Positions 45,329 through 53,382 of a stretch of 60,977 nucleotides of DNA are shown piece by piece. Position 1 is the first letter of the stretch; each line of letters begins with the position of its first letter. The notes beneath the pieces were generated by a model. It was not told the DNA's origin. It ran no database searches and saw only the letters and a list, made by a program, of their open reading frames with translations. Origin of the DNA: Bdellovibrionota bacterium (GTDB lineage Bacteria > Bdellovibrionota > FAC87 > UBA2466). The stretch is taken from the NCBI GenBank assembly GCA_041736915.1, contig JBGSST010000158.1, positions 1 to 60,977 on the forward strand, given 5' to 3'. Made by a program: the position numbers and the translations under genes.

Positions 45329-46114
45329 TTATCCGCCGCTCGCCTGAGCGTTGATAGCTTCAAAGACCGAATCGGTGCTCTGATAACCAGAAAGCCGGTA
45401 CACAACTTTCTTTTGCAAATCCCCGATCAGAAGAAACGGCACGCTCTTGATCTGGTGCTTGTCCACGTCGGCCTTACTGGCTTTGGTCACAGCGACTGTC
45501 AAGCCAGGTAGCGCGACATCATTGCCATCAATCTGAAACGCTTCGACGTAGAAGCCGCGAGACTGCAAATCTGAAACGGTGGCAAACATGCGCTTGCAGT
45601 GCGGGCACTGCGAATCAAAGTAGAAGCGGAAACGATACCTGCTTGTCTCTGGGGGTGCCTTTTGCAGACTCTCTTTCGCATTCACTAGGATCGCTTTGCT
45701 TTGCGGCTCCATCTTAGCTTCGTTCTTTGCAAGGTACTCCTGCATCCGGCCCATCATCCGACTCGTTAGCTCATTTTTCTTTTCGATCATGGCGAACCAA
45801 TTTTTGATATTCTCGTCCGTTGGATTGCGCACCAATTCCATAAACGGTTCAGGCGGCGTATACTCGCCTTCGCGGAAAAATTCTTTGTTGCTCGGATCAA
45901 GATGCGCTTTCCAATCGAACTTGTCGGGTGTTAACGCCGATGACTTCTTCTCCGGCACGGCAGCCGGAGTGCTCTTTTCTTCCTTTTTCTGTTCGTTCCA
46001 GTAGTCGATACCGGAATTGAAGAAATTGAAGTCGTTGGCGTGTGCCTCGGAGGACACCAGCACAACGCCAACGACTCCGCCCCATACTGCGGACAAAATG
46101 GATCTAGGCCACAT
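45329..46114 (-). CDS. TraF/TrbB-family periplasmic thioredoxin-fold protein with CPHC active site
   Basis: Signal peptide and a C-terminal thioredoxin-like domain (FYFDSQCPHCKRM...VPFLLIG). Confidence 0.6.
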   Translation of the reverse strand: MWPRSILSAVWGGVVGVVLVSSEAHANDFNFFNSGIDYWNEQKKEEKSTPAAVPEKKSSALTPDKFDWKAHLDPSNKEFFREGEYTPPEPFMELVRNPTDENIKNWFAMIEKKNELTSRMMGRMQEYLAKNEAKMEPQSKAILVNAKESLQKAPPETSRYRFRFYFDSQCPHCKRMFATVSDLQSRGFYVEAFQIDGNDVALPGLTVAVTKASKADVDKHQIKSVPFLLIGDLQKKVVYRLSGYQSTDSVFEAINAQASGG

Positions 46115-47723
46115 GAAATGCTTCCTCCAAATCTATGAGCCCTTGAGCGGCGAGGCTAAAGGCCGCTTGTTGCAGGCTCGTTTGCAGACATTCTTTACGC
46201 GGTTTGCCGTTAAGGTAGGCGGCTACCCCTTCGCCATCAGCGTATTCCAAAATGGGGATTCGTCCGCTAATGCCGCCAATACATTTGTCGCAACCTGCGG
46301 CGTTTCTCGTCTTGAATTTCGGCTTGTCCTGTAGGGTTTCTTCTAACGGCCTCAACTTATCGAGATACAATGGCTTCGATGCGCCGCTAATGACCGGAAC
46401 CGAACAGTGCTCGCAGAGTTTCTTGACGAGTCGCTGCGCTCCAATGAAGCGGAGCGAGGAGCTAATCGAGAAATCATCAACTCCAAGAGCCTTCAAACGC
46501 TCGATGCTTTCAACAGCGCCGTTGGCGTGTAGGGTCGAAATGACAAGGTGGCCCGTGTTGGCGATCTTGAAACTGAGCTTCGCTGTTTCTTCATCACGGA
46601 TCTCGCCGAGTAAAATCACGTCCGGGTCCTGACGCATGAGCGCACGAAGGGCAGCGGCAAACGAGAGATGACGGCTGATCTCCGTTTGCGTGACACCGAA
46701 AAGCTCGTACTCCGATGGGTCTTCCAGGGTCGTGATGTTCTTTGTCTTGTGGTCGAGCGAATTGATAAGGCCGTAAAGCGTTGTCGTTTTGCCGCTACCC
46801 GTTGGGCCGGAGATGATGATCAAACCATTCTTCAACTCTGCCGCGTTCTTGAGATCCACGAGTGACTTTGCCTGCAATCCTGACTCTTCGATGTGGAACT
46901 GCCGTTCTTGATCGAGAAGGCGCAACACGATCTTGTCGCCGTGGCGCGAAGGCAATGCGTTCACTCGCAGATTCAACTTCAAATCGTAGTAGGTAGCGCG
47001 AGCGTCCTGCGGCTTACCCGAAACCGAGAGATCCAGGTTGGTGAGCCATTTGACCTTAGTTATAAAGGCGTCGCGGTGCTCTTTCTCCAAAGCCTTCCAC
47101 GTTACAAGGTCGCCGTGGATGCGAAAGCGTATCTCAAGTGATTCCGCCTTTGGTTCAATGTGAATATCGCTGATGGACCGCTCTTTTGCGGTTGCAATGC
47201 ACTCTCGGTAGAGCCGTGCATAGGGATTGTCTGATTTGATCTTGAGATCGTCGGTGATGTTTTCTGATAAAACGAGACGACCTTGCGTGCCATTTTCGGA
47301 AGATGCCCCCGTTTGGTTTTTTAGGTACTCGTAGATATGAGCTTCAACGATTTTAACGTCGAGCCGCCAGCGCCACTTCTTTTCAAAGTTCTCGATGATC
47401 TCGTCTTGGAAACGATCCGATACCGCATGAAGGATACGTCCTTCAGCACCAATGGCGATCAATCCTTGCTCGTGGAGCCAGTCGCTTACCTCTGGGATGA
47501 TCGCGGCGGTCGATAGACGCGCCAGGATTTCCGGCAGCGGTTCTTTGAGTTTGAGCTTCAAGAACGAGGACAGTTCCAGATTGAGCGTGTTCTGGTCAAT
47601 GTGCCCCAGCTCGCGCAGAAGGCGTCCAAGGGGAGCCTTCTTATAGCGTTGCACGGCAATGGCCTCGGCAATCGCTTCGGCAGTGACGGTATTTTTCAAA
47701 ACTAGATGTTCACCAAATCTCAT
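46104..47723 (-). CDS. GspE/PilB-family secretion ATPase (T2SS/type IV pilus type) with tetracysteine motif
   Basis: ATG at 47723 lies 2 nt after the traU-like stop. Features: GSPII_E N-terminal-like region, Walker A SGPTGSGKTTT, Asp box/Walker B DVILLGEIRDEETA, His box TGHLVISTLHAN, and CEHC...CDKC. Confidence 0.85.
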   Translation of the reverse strand: MRFGEHLVLKNTVTAEAIAEAIAVQRYKKAPLGRLLRELGHIDQNTLNLELSSFLKLKLKEPLPEILARLSTAAIIPEVSDWLHEQGLIAIGAEGRILHAVSDRFQDEIIENFEKKWRWRLDVKIVEAHIYEYLKNQTGASSENGTQGRLVLSENITDDLKIKSDNPYARLYRECIATAKERSISDIHIEPKAESLEIRFRIHGDLVTWKALEKEHRDAFITKVKWLTNLDLSVSGKPQDARATYYDLKLNLRVNALPSRHGDKIVLRLLDQERQFHIEESGLQAKSLVDLKNAAELKNGLIIISGPTGSGKTTTLYGLINSLDHKTKNITTLEDPSEYELFGVTQTEISRHLSFAAALRALMRQDPDVILLGEIRDEETAKLSFKIANTGHLVISTLHANGAVESIERLKALGVDDFSISSSLRFIGAQRLVKKLCEHCSVPVISGASKPLYLDKLRPLEETLQDKPKFKTRNAAGCDKCIGGISGRIPILEYADGEGVAAYLNGKPRKECLQTSLQQAAFSLAAQGLIDLEEAFHVA

Positions 47724-47725
47724 AG

Positions 47726-48739
47726 TTAAAGCCCCTGACAAACGGCTTGCATCAAACCTTGCGCGGCAATCGTCGAAGCGACGTAGGGCAGGTCTTTGGT
47801 GCAAGACACTTTTTTCCAAACCGTAAAAAGGTAGTTCTTCATTTTTCCGCTTTGCAGGCGGCCTATGTCGGTCGCCATTGCAGCGGTTTCGAGAAACGCC
47901 ACGTTCTGACCGCGACGAAAACACTGCGACTGAGTGGGAGAAATCATCTGCCACTTCTCGTCTGCGCTTGAATCGACGCTCATAAAAACTTCGCTTCCCA
48001 AACTCTTCAGACGATCCGCGATCATCAGCGCACCGACGGTCTGACTTGCGCCGTCATAAGTGCCGTAGCGTGGGAAGAAGATCCCCCATCCGTTACACAC
48101 CTGGCGAGGAGACGGTGGGTACTTGGGTAGCGGATTAGGGAAGCTGCATATCGGCGCTCCCCCGCCAGGTGTTCCAGGTTCTCCAGCGACGGAATTTGCA
48201 GCTCCGTAGAGAAGACACGCTTTCGGGGCGGCCATCCAAGCTAGAAATGCGGGCTGCAAGGAGTCACCGCTCCCCGTGCGCCAATGCGAATCGACATGCT
48301 CACTCATCGCTTCAAAACACCACCGCTCAATCGGAATGTCGTCACACGGCATCGCTCGATACGGGATGTTGATGAACGGAACCGTCAGCGCGTGCGATTG
48401 AAACGAATGCGCGCCTTGATCCCCTTCTGCGCCGAAAGGCAGTCCCGATCCCATCGTGCCAAGTTGCACGGCAGCTCCGGGGAGAGATCCAAAGAATGTC
48501 TCCTTGGGATTCGCCACCGACTCAACAAACGTCACCGGAACGTAGTAGCTAAAGTGCGCGCACGGTCTTGGGACCGGCCAGCCGCACATCGCCGGAGTGA
48601 TGTTCAGCTCCATGCAACTATTGAACGCCGGCGTCTTCACCACCGAGCAGACGTTTGGAAAAAGGGCGAAAGCCTGCTGCTCAAACAGCAGCGCAATCAG
48701 TCCTGGCAGAAGATAAATTTTTGGTTTCCAAAAGTTCAT
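47726..48739 (-). CDS. traU: TraU-like periplasmic Cys-rich T4SS protein
   Basis: 337 aa with a signal peptide. Many conserved-looking Cys and aromatic-rich motifs are collinear with F TraU (approximate match by eye). Confidence 0.5.
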   Translation of the reverse strand: MNFWKPKIYLLPGLIALLFEQQAFALFPNVCSVVKTPAFNSCMELNITPAMCGWPVPRPCAHFSYYVPVTFVESVANPKETFFGSLPGAAVQLGTMGSGLPFGAEGDQGAHSFQSHALTVPFINIPYRAMPCDDIPIERWCFEAMSEHVDSHWRTGSGDSLQPAFLAWMAAPKACLLYGAANSVAGEPGTPGGGAPICSFPNPLPKYPPSPRQVCNGWGIFFPRYGTYDGASQTVGALMIADRLKSLGSEVFMSVDSSADEKWQMISPTQSQCFRRGQNVAFLETAAMATDIGRLQSGKMKNYLFTVWKKVSCTKDLPYVASTIAAQGLMQAVCQGL

Positions 48740-48996
48740 CAGTCTACATCCCCACCATTTGCGAATTGCCGTTTGGAAACGAGTAGAAATCGGCGATTCT
48801 TTGGGTGGTCCTCGACCTGCCGTAGCTGTCCGTCGTGGTAGACGAAGTGAAATGAGCCGTATCGCATCTCGATGCCGAACTCTTTGCAGAATGCTTTTTG
48901 AAGGCGGTCGGCAGCTTCCTTGATGACGGCCAGATCCGGCACATTGGAAAGCGTTTCGCGAAAGTCGCGATTATCGAATTGATCGTTTTTAAGCAT
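48739..48996 (-). CDS. Small DUF2292/YezD-like protein
   Basis: 85 aa from ATG 48996, preceded by a perfect AGGAGG. It has the YGSFHFVYHDGQLRQVE motif characteristic of YezD-like proteins. Its stop overlaps the traU-like start (TGATG). Confidence 0.5.
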   Translation of the reverse strand: MLKNDQFDNRDFRETLSNVPDLAVIKEAADRLQKAFCKEFGIEMRYGSFHFVYHDGQLRQVEDHPKNRRFLLVSKRQFANGGDVD

Positions 48997-49039
48997 CGTG
49001 ATCCTCCTATAAGTTGTTTGGTTAGAGCCTCGTACATTG

Positions 49040-49249
49040 CTAAAAGTCCTCTTTGTCTGGGTCGCGAAGGTGTTCATACGAATTTTCGTTGGCACACATG
49101 CGGGCATAGATGTCCACGCTGTCCCAATCGCATTCGCGGCAGAAATATTCTCCGCCGACATTTTCCAACCTGGTCGAAGAGCAAACAGGGCAGCAGCGGG
49201 GTTGCTTCTTGCGACGAGACTTCTTTTCACGATCAGCCATTTCGCTCAT
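49040..49249 (-). CDS. Small zinc-ribbon protein, first gene of the tra operon
   Basis: 69 aa with CPVC...CREC. GGAGG lies 8 nt upstream of the ATG. Confidence 0.5.
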   Translation of the reverse strand: MSEMADREKKSRRKKQPRCCPVCSSTRLENVGGEYFCRECDWDSVDIYARMCANENSYEHLRDPDKEDF

Positions 49250-49339
49250 GGCAAATTCCTCCAGAGATGCGCGCAGAATTTCTTCCGCGCTGCGGTTGCA
49301 GTTTTTTTGAGAAGTGCGCGCCTCTCGCCCTTAATAAAT

Positions 49340-49355
49340 TTCAAGGGCTGTGCCA
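49340..49355 (-). promoter_or_regulatory. Candidate sigma54 (-24/-12) promoter facing the tra operon (imperfect -12)
   Basis: The minus strand reads TGGCACAGCCCTTGAA. It has a perfect -24 TGGCAC and correct spacing, but the -12 reads TTGA instead of TTGC. It lies about 90 nt upstream of the zinc-ribbon gene start. Confidence 0.3.
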
Positions 49356-49523
49356 CGCGCTTGGAGGTATTGCGTAAGCGTCTGATTAGAAAAATCTTTT
49401 GCGAGGTTTCAGAAGAAAAAATTGAGAAAACGCGGAAGTAAAAATCGGGCGAGATGTGGGACGCGATTTTGCGTGATTGAGCATGAAATCAGGGGATTAC
49501 GGGGTGGGCGAACTCTGGGACGA

Positions 49524-49781
49524 GTCCAAGAGTTTGGACAGCGAAAAATCAGGGATGGAGAGGTGACGTGTCCAACACCTCGGACACATTTGAAAGAGAG
49601 CTAAAACCGGCCAATTTCCAAATGTTATCGCTCAAAACCAGAATCAGTTTGACTCGCTGTCCCAAGTGTGGGACAGTACGGCGGTTGATGGTCTGGATTT
49701 CGTAGATTCTTCTTTGATCACCTGTAGTTGTAGCAACTAGGGAAAGCCTTTTAGCATCGTAGTTTGTCCAAGACTTCGGAC
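49524..49781. promoter_or_regulatory. Four GTCC-N8-GGAC palindromes (candidate enhancer/UAS sites for the adjacent sigma54 activator)
   Basis: The four sites are GTCCAAGAGTTTGGAC (49524-49539), GTGTCCAACACCTCGGACAC (49568-49587), CTGTCCCAAGTGTGGGACAG (49657-49676, 8-bp perfect arms) and GTCCAAGACTTCGGAC (49766-49781). Confidence 0.6.
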
Positions 49782-49918
49782 GGTTTTTCCCCGCTCCTCA
49801 GCTCTGATTTCCCCTCTGTTTCGCCATCCGACGATGAATCCTAATCAACAATTTCTCTAGCACTTTCCGAGTAATGCACGTTCGCTCCAGTTGTTGCGGG
49901 AAATAGAAATTTTGTGCG

Positions 49919-49934
49919 TGGCATGACGGTTGCT
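49919..49934 (+). promoter_or_regulatory. Sigma54-dependent promoter (-24/-12) of the cargo operon
   Basis: TGGCATGACGGTTGCT matches TGGCAYG-N4-TTGCW at every conserved position (GG 49920-21, GC 49932-33). It lies 51 nt upstream of the ATG at 49985. Confidence 0.7.
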
Positions 49935-49984
49935 CAAGCATGTCTACGCACGCACTGTTTTGCGTAGAAAGGGGAAGCAGACCG

Positions 49985-51388
49985 ATGGAACATAAAATTT
50001 TAGTCGTCGATGACAACGCCGATAACCTGGAAGCTACCGAGCTGCTTCTTCGAGACAATGGCTATGAAGTCGATGTGGTTCGTACCGCCGCCGGAGCCGT
50101 TGAGAACATCAAACGTGATAGCAGTGGATACTCTCTCGTAATTCTCGACTATCACCTTCCAGACAAGACAGGTGCAGATGCACTTGCTGCACTTCGCGCT
50201 ATCAACCCAAACCTGTACGTTCTCGTTTACTCGGGCGACACGAAGTCGCGTGATCCGGTCAAGGCGACGTTACGCGGTGGAGCCGTTGATTTTATCGAGA
50301 AGAGTGAAGATCCACGCTATTTCCTGAGCATCGTTCAACAGTGGTGTACCAAGTTTGACGAAACGACCCGGATTCTGATTCCTCCCGCCGCTCTTTCTGA
50401 AAACGAGAGATTGATTCGCAGTCTAGGCATCGCTGGCCGCTCCCAGGCGTTAGCCCAAATATGTCTCGACATTCAAAAGTACGCTCGCGAAGAGGCGGGA
50501 GCCAACGTCCTCCTCCTCGGTGAAACCGGAACCGGCAAAGAAGTCATTGCTCGCGCTATCCACCGCAACAGTCCACGCAACAGCGGGCCGTTCGTCGCGA
50601 TCAACTGCGGTGCTATTCCTGAAACCCTAATTGAGAGCGAACTATTCGGCCATGATCGCGGTGCATTCACCGGCGCTAACATGCGCAAAGAAGGCAAGTT
50701 CGAGAACGCCAATCGTGGGACGATCTTTTTGGACGAAATCGGAGAAGCAACACTCGCAACGCAAGTAAGACTCTTACGGGTCATTCAGGAAAAAGTCGTT
50801 ACTCCGCTCGGCAGCAATCGCCTGGTGAAAGTTGATGTACGCATTATCGCTGCCACAAATCGCGATCTCCTATCGGAAGTCGAGGCGGGAAGGTTTCGCG
50901 AAGACCTGTATTATCGCCTCAACATCATCTCTATGCACATTCCTCCGCTTAAGGAGCGCCGAGAGGATATTGCACCGCTGGTCATGCACTTCTGCGATCA
51001 GATCAATCGAGATAAGAATAAGAAAAAGAGTTTCCTGATGCGCACCGTCCGGTTGATGGAAAACTACTACTGGCCGGGCAATGTACGCGAGCTTGAAAAC
51101 TATGTGACCAAACTTCTGACTCAGAGTGAATCAGAGACGATCACGCCCGAATGCCTCGACGCTAAATTTTTCAGTGTAGCACCGCTTCAGACGTTGACGT
51201 TGCCTGATCTCGTCAGTCGTCAGGAAAAAGAGCGATTCGATTTCATTTCGGAAAATCTCAAATCATCAAAATCAATGCGTGATGCCGCAAAGAAAATGGG
51301 TGTTTCAAAGAGCACGCTGCATCACATGCTGAAAAAATTCGGTGTTATTAGGGGCGACGCCTCGAAGGAGGTATCTAGTGCAAGGTGA
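49985..51388 (+). CDS. Sigma54-dependent response regulator (NtrC family: REC, AAA+, Fis-type HTH)
   Basis: REC (ILVVDDN, LVILDYHLPDKTG), Walker A GETGTGKE, GAFTGA loop present (DRGAFTGA), Walker B IFLDEIGE, C-terminal HTH (MRDAAKKMGVSKSTLHHMLKKFGV). ATG at 49985 follows AAAGGGGAAG. The track ATG at 49940 would sit on top of the promoter. Confidence 0.9.
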   Translation: MEHKILVVDDNADNLEATELLLRDNGYEVDVVRTAAGAVENIKRDSSGYSLVILDYHLPDKTGADALAALRAINPNLYVLVYSGDTKSRDPVKATLRGGAVDFIEKSEDPRYFLSIVQQWCTKFDETTRILIPPAALSENERLIRSLGIAGRSQALAQICLDIQKYAREEAGANVLLLGETGTGKEVIARAIHRNSPRNSGPFVAINCGAIPETLIESELFGHDRGAFTGANMRKEGKFENANRGTIFLDEIGEATLATQVRLLRVIQEKVVTPLGSNRLVKVDVRIIAATNRDLLSEVEAGRFREDLYYRLNIISMHIPPLKERREDIAPLVMHFCDQINRDKNKKKSFLMRTVRLMENYYWPGNVRELENYVTKLLTQSESETITPECLDAKFFSVAPLQTLTLPDLVSRQEKERFDFISENLKSSKSMRDAAKKMGVSKSTLHHMLKKFGVIRGDASKEVSSAR

Positions 51389-52178
51389 AAGACTGTCCAT
51401 CAACTACCGAGATATTTCGGCTCTAGGTTATGATTACGTTCAAGAGAAAACTTACACCGCCGACCATCCCGATGTTGTCGCCTGGGCGAACTCGTTTTTG
51501 AGTCGTTTTAGGGAAAAGAAAATTTTTGAGCGGTTTGATTCCGAACAGGCTTCGCCATCACTTGTGAAAACGAAAGTAGTTGGTACTCAGTGGCACCGCT
51601 TCTCCGAGTTCATGCCCTACATCCTTTGCTCGGCATCGGCGAGGGTGTCGAATAACCGGCTGCGTCACTACACAATCCAGACGGCCTATGAGGAATTGGG
51701 GGCACGCAACGCCGACGAGATTCATCACGAGATGTTTTGGGAAACGGCTCTTGCGGCAGGTGCCCAAGACTCTGATCGCGCTCGGATGGCGAATGAACCA
51801 GAAATTAACGACGCCCTGAAATTCCTTGAGCACGTTTTAGTGACCGCGAAGTCGGATGAGGAAATCTTGGGGCTTCTTCTCGGTCTTGAAATTTGCGCTG
51901 AGGAGAATATCGAAACCGTATTCTCTTCGCTCGCGCATACAAAGGCGCTTGAAACCTCCCTCGCCGAAACGAAGTTCTTCAAACTACATCGCCAATTGGA
52001 GATGGAGCACATCAGGCTCGACGTTTCGATCTTCTTGCGTTTCTGCCAGACCTCCGAGGAAAAGACGCAGCATTTTACCAGCGGTTTTGATTCTGGCGTT
52101 CAGTTTTGGGATGAGTTTTGGTCTGGCATTGGAAAAATTATCGTTCGCGAGCAGCGCAGGGGGACTTCCCGTGCATAA
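51378..52178 (+). CDS. Heme-oxygenase-like diiron (HDO) / iron-containing redox enzyme family protein
   Basis: About 266 aa, all-helical. Candidate ligand motifs: YEELG...EIHHEMFWE, GLEICAEENIE and FFKLHRQLEMEHIRL. GTG at 51378 is preceded by AGGAGG. Confidence 0.6.
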   Translation: MQGERLSINYRDISALGYDYVQEKTYTADHPDVVAWANSFLSRFREKKIFERFDSEQASPSLVKTKVVGTQWHRFSEFMPYILCSASARVSNNRLRHYTIQTAYEELGARNADEIHHEMFWETALAAGAQDSDRARMANEPEINDALKFLEHVLVTAKSDEEILGLLLGLEICAEENIETVFSSLAHTKALETSLAETKFFKLHRQLEMEHIRLDVSIFLRFCQTSEEKTQHFTSGFDSGVQFWDEFWSGIGKIIVREQRRGTSRA

Positions 52179-53382
52179 GCGTGGTGAATTCATCAAGCTC
52201 TTGCTTGCAGCGTTTATTTCGCAGAGCGGCAGCCATTTCCTTACCCTCGCTCTTTCAGCAATGGTGTTTGCGAAAACCGGCTCCGCCGTCAAAGCATCCC
52301 TGATCTTCGTGCTTTCTTACATGCCATCGGTGTTCGTTTCTTCCTCGCTTGGCGGGTGGATTGATCGCGCTATTTCAAAGAAGCTCCTGGTGGGCAACGA
52401 CGTTCTAGCAATTTTCGTAAGTGTCCTCTGCGGCGCTTGCGTTTATTACGAGCTTCCCATTGTCGCACTTTGTACTGCTGTGGCCATTCGCTCACTCCTC
52501 CTTTTTACGTCGCGAACGGCGATGACTAAATGGGTGAAAGTCATTTCACCGGATAGCCTGGCCGCGTCCAGGATCAAGTTATTCTTTCTGAGCTTTTTTC
52601 TTTCGACAGTCGCAGCGGGCGTGCTGGCGAGCCTTTTCCTCGGTAAAGTTTCGATTTGGACTATTGTTGCCGTTGACGCCGCAACTTATGGCCTCGGAAT
52701 AGTAGTTATTTCATTTTTGCGGAAGCTCGAAGTCGCTCCCGCCCTCTCCGAAGTCCGCGCTAACCACATCGTCGCCACGATTACAGAGATCCTTGCGGAC
52801 CCAATGCTGAAGGCGAGCTTTATAGCGGTTTGTTTTTCCCAAGCGATTTTCCAAGGGGCCTATTCTATCCTCGTGTCCTATCTCCCCTTACGGCACTTCG
52901 ATATTGGCCTGTCGGGTACAGGCATTTTTCAAGTAGCCGCATCGGTAGGTATCATTGGAGGGTTCTGGGTCAATTGGCGTTTCCCAAGTTTCCTGAAAGG
53001 AAATGGCGGTTGGCCACTTCGATTGATCGTCTGCACCATCACAGGAATTGTCGGACTTCTTTTGACTACGCAGACGGATCTTCGTTTAGGGGTCGCGAGC
53101 TTCTTTGTACTCAATCTTGCTTATGAAGCTATCTGGCTCTTTCATAGCTCCGAATTTTTCGCAGGTAGCCCCGCTAACAATATGGCGCGTTACCAGTTCA
53201 CGCTGTCTTCTGTGGCTTCGCTCCTGATGGCACTATCAACGCTCGGCTATGCCGCATCTATTGATCAGTCCGGTGCTCAAGGTGGCGTGGCGCTCACGTT
53301 GTCTACCGTGGTGCTCGGCTGGCTCGCGGTTTCTCGTATCTCCACTCAGCGCAAGCAAGTGATCGTGGGGGTGCGAGCATGA
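52171..53382 (+). CDS. MFS transporter (EntS/MFS_3-like exporter)
   Basis: About 403 aa from GTG 52171 with about 12 TM segments. The N-terminal pattern FISQSGSHFLTLALSAMVF...YMPSVFVSSSLGGWIDR is typical of the 'transmembrane secretion effector' MFS group. Confidence 0.75.
   Translation: MHKRGEFIKLLLAAFISQSGSHFLTLALSAMVFAKTGSAVKASLIFVLSYMPSVFVSSSLGGWIDRAISKKLLVGNDVLAIFVSVLCGACVYYELPIVALCTAVAIRSLLLFTSRTAMTKWVKVISPDSLAASRIKLFFLSFFLSTVAAGVLASLFLGKVSIWTIVAVDAATYGLGIVVISFLRKLEVAPALSEVRANHIVATITEILADPMLKASFIAVCFSQAIFQGAYSILVSYLPLRHFDIGLSGTGIFQVAASVGIIGGFWVNWRFPSFLKGNGGWPLRLIVCTITGIVGLLLTTQTDLRLGVASFFVLNLAYEAIWLFHSSEFFAGSPANNMARYQFTLSSVASLLMALSTLGYAASIDQSGAQGGVALTLSTVVLGWLAVSRISTQRKQVIVGVRA

Noticed and set aside
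49422-49604. 60-aa ORF across the palindrome-containing intergenic region. Also the 86-aa antisense ORF at 49798-50058.
   Set aside because: They are Arg/Gly-rich with no RBS and overlap the regulatory palindromes and promoter, so they are more likely non-coding.
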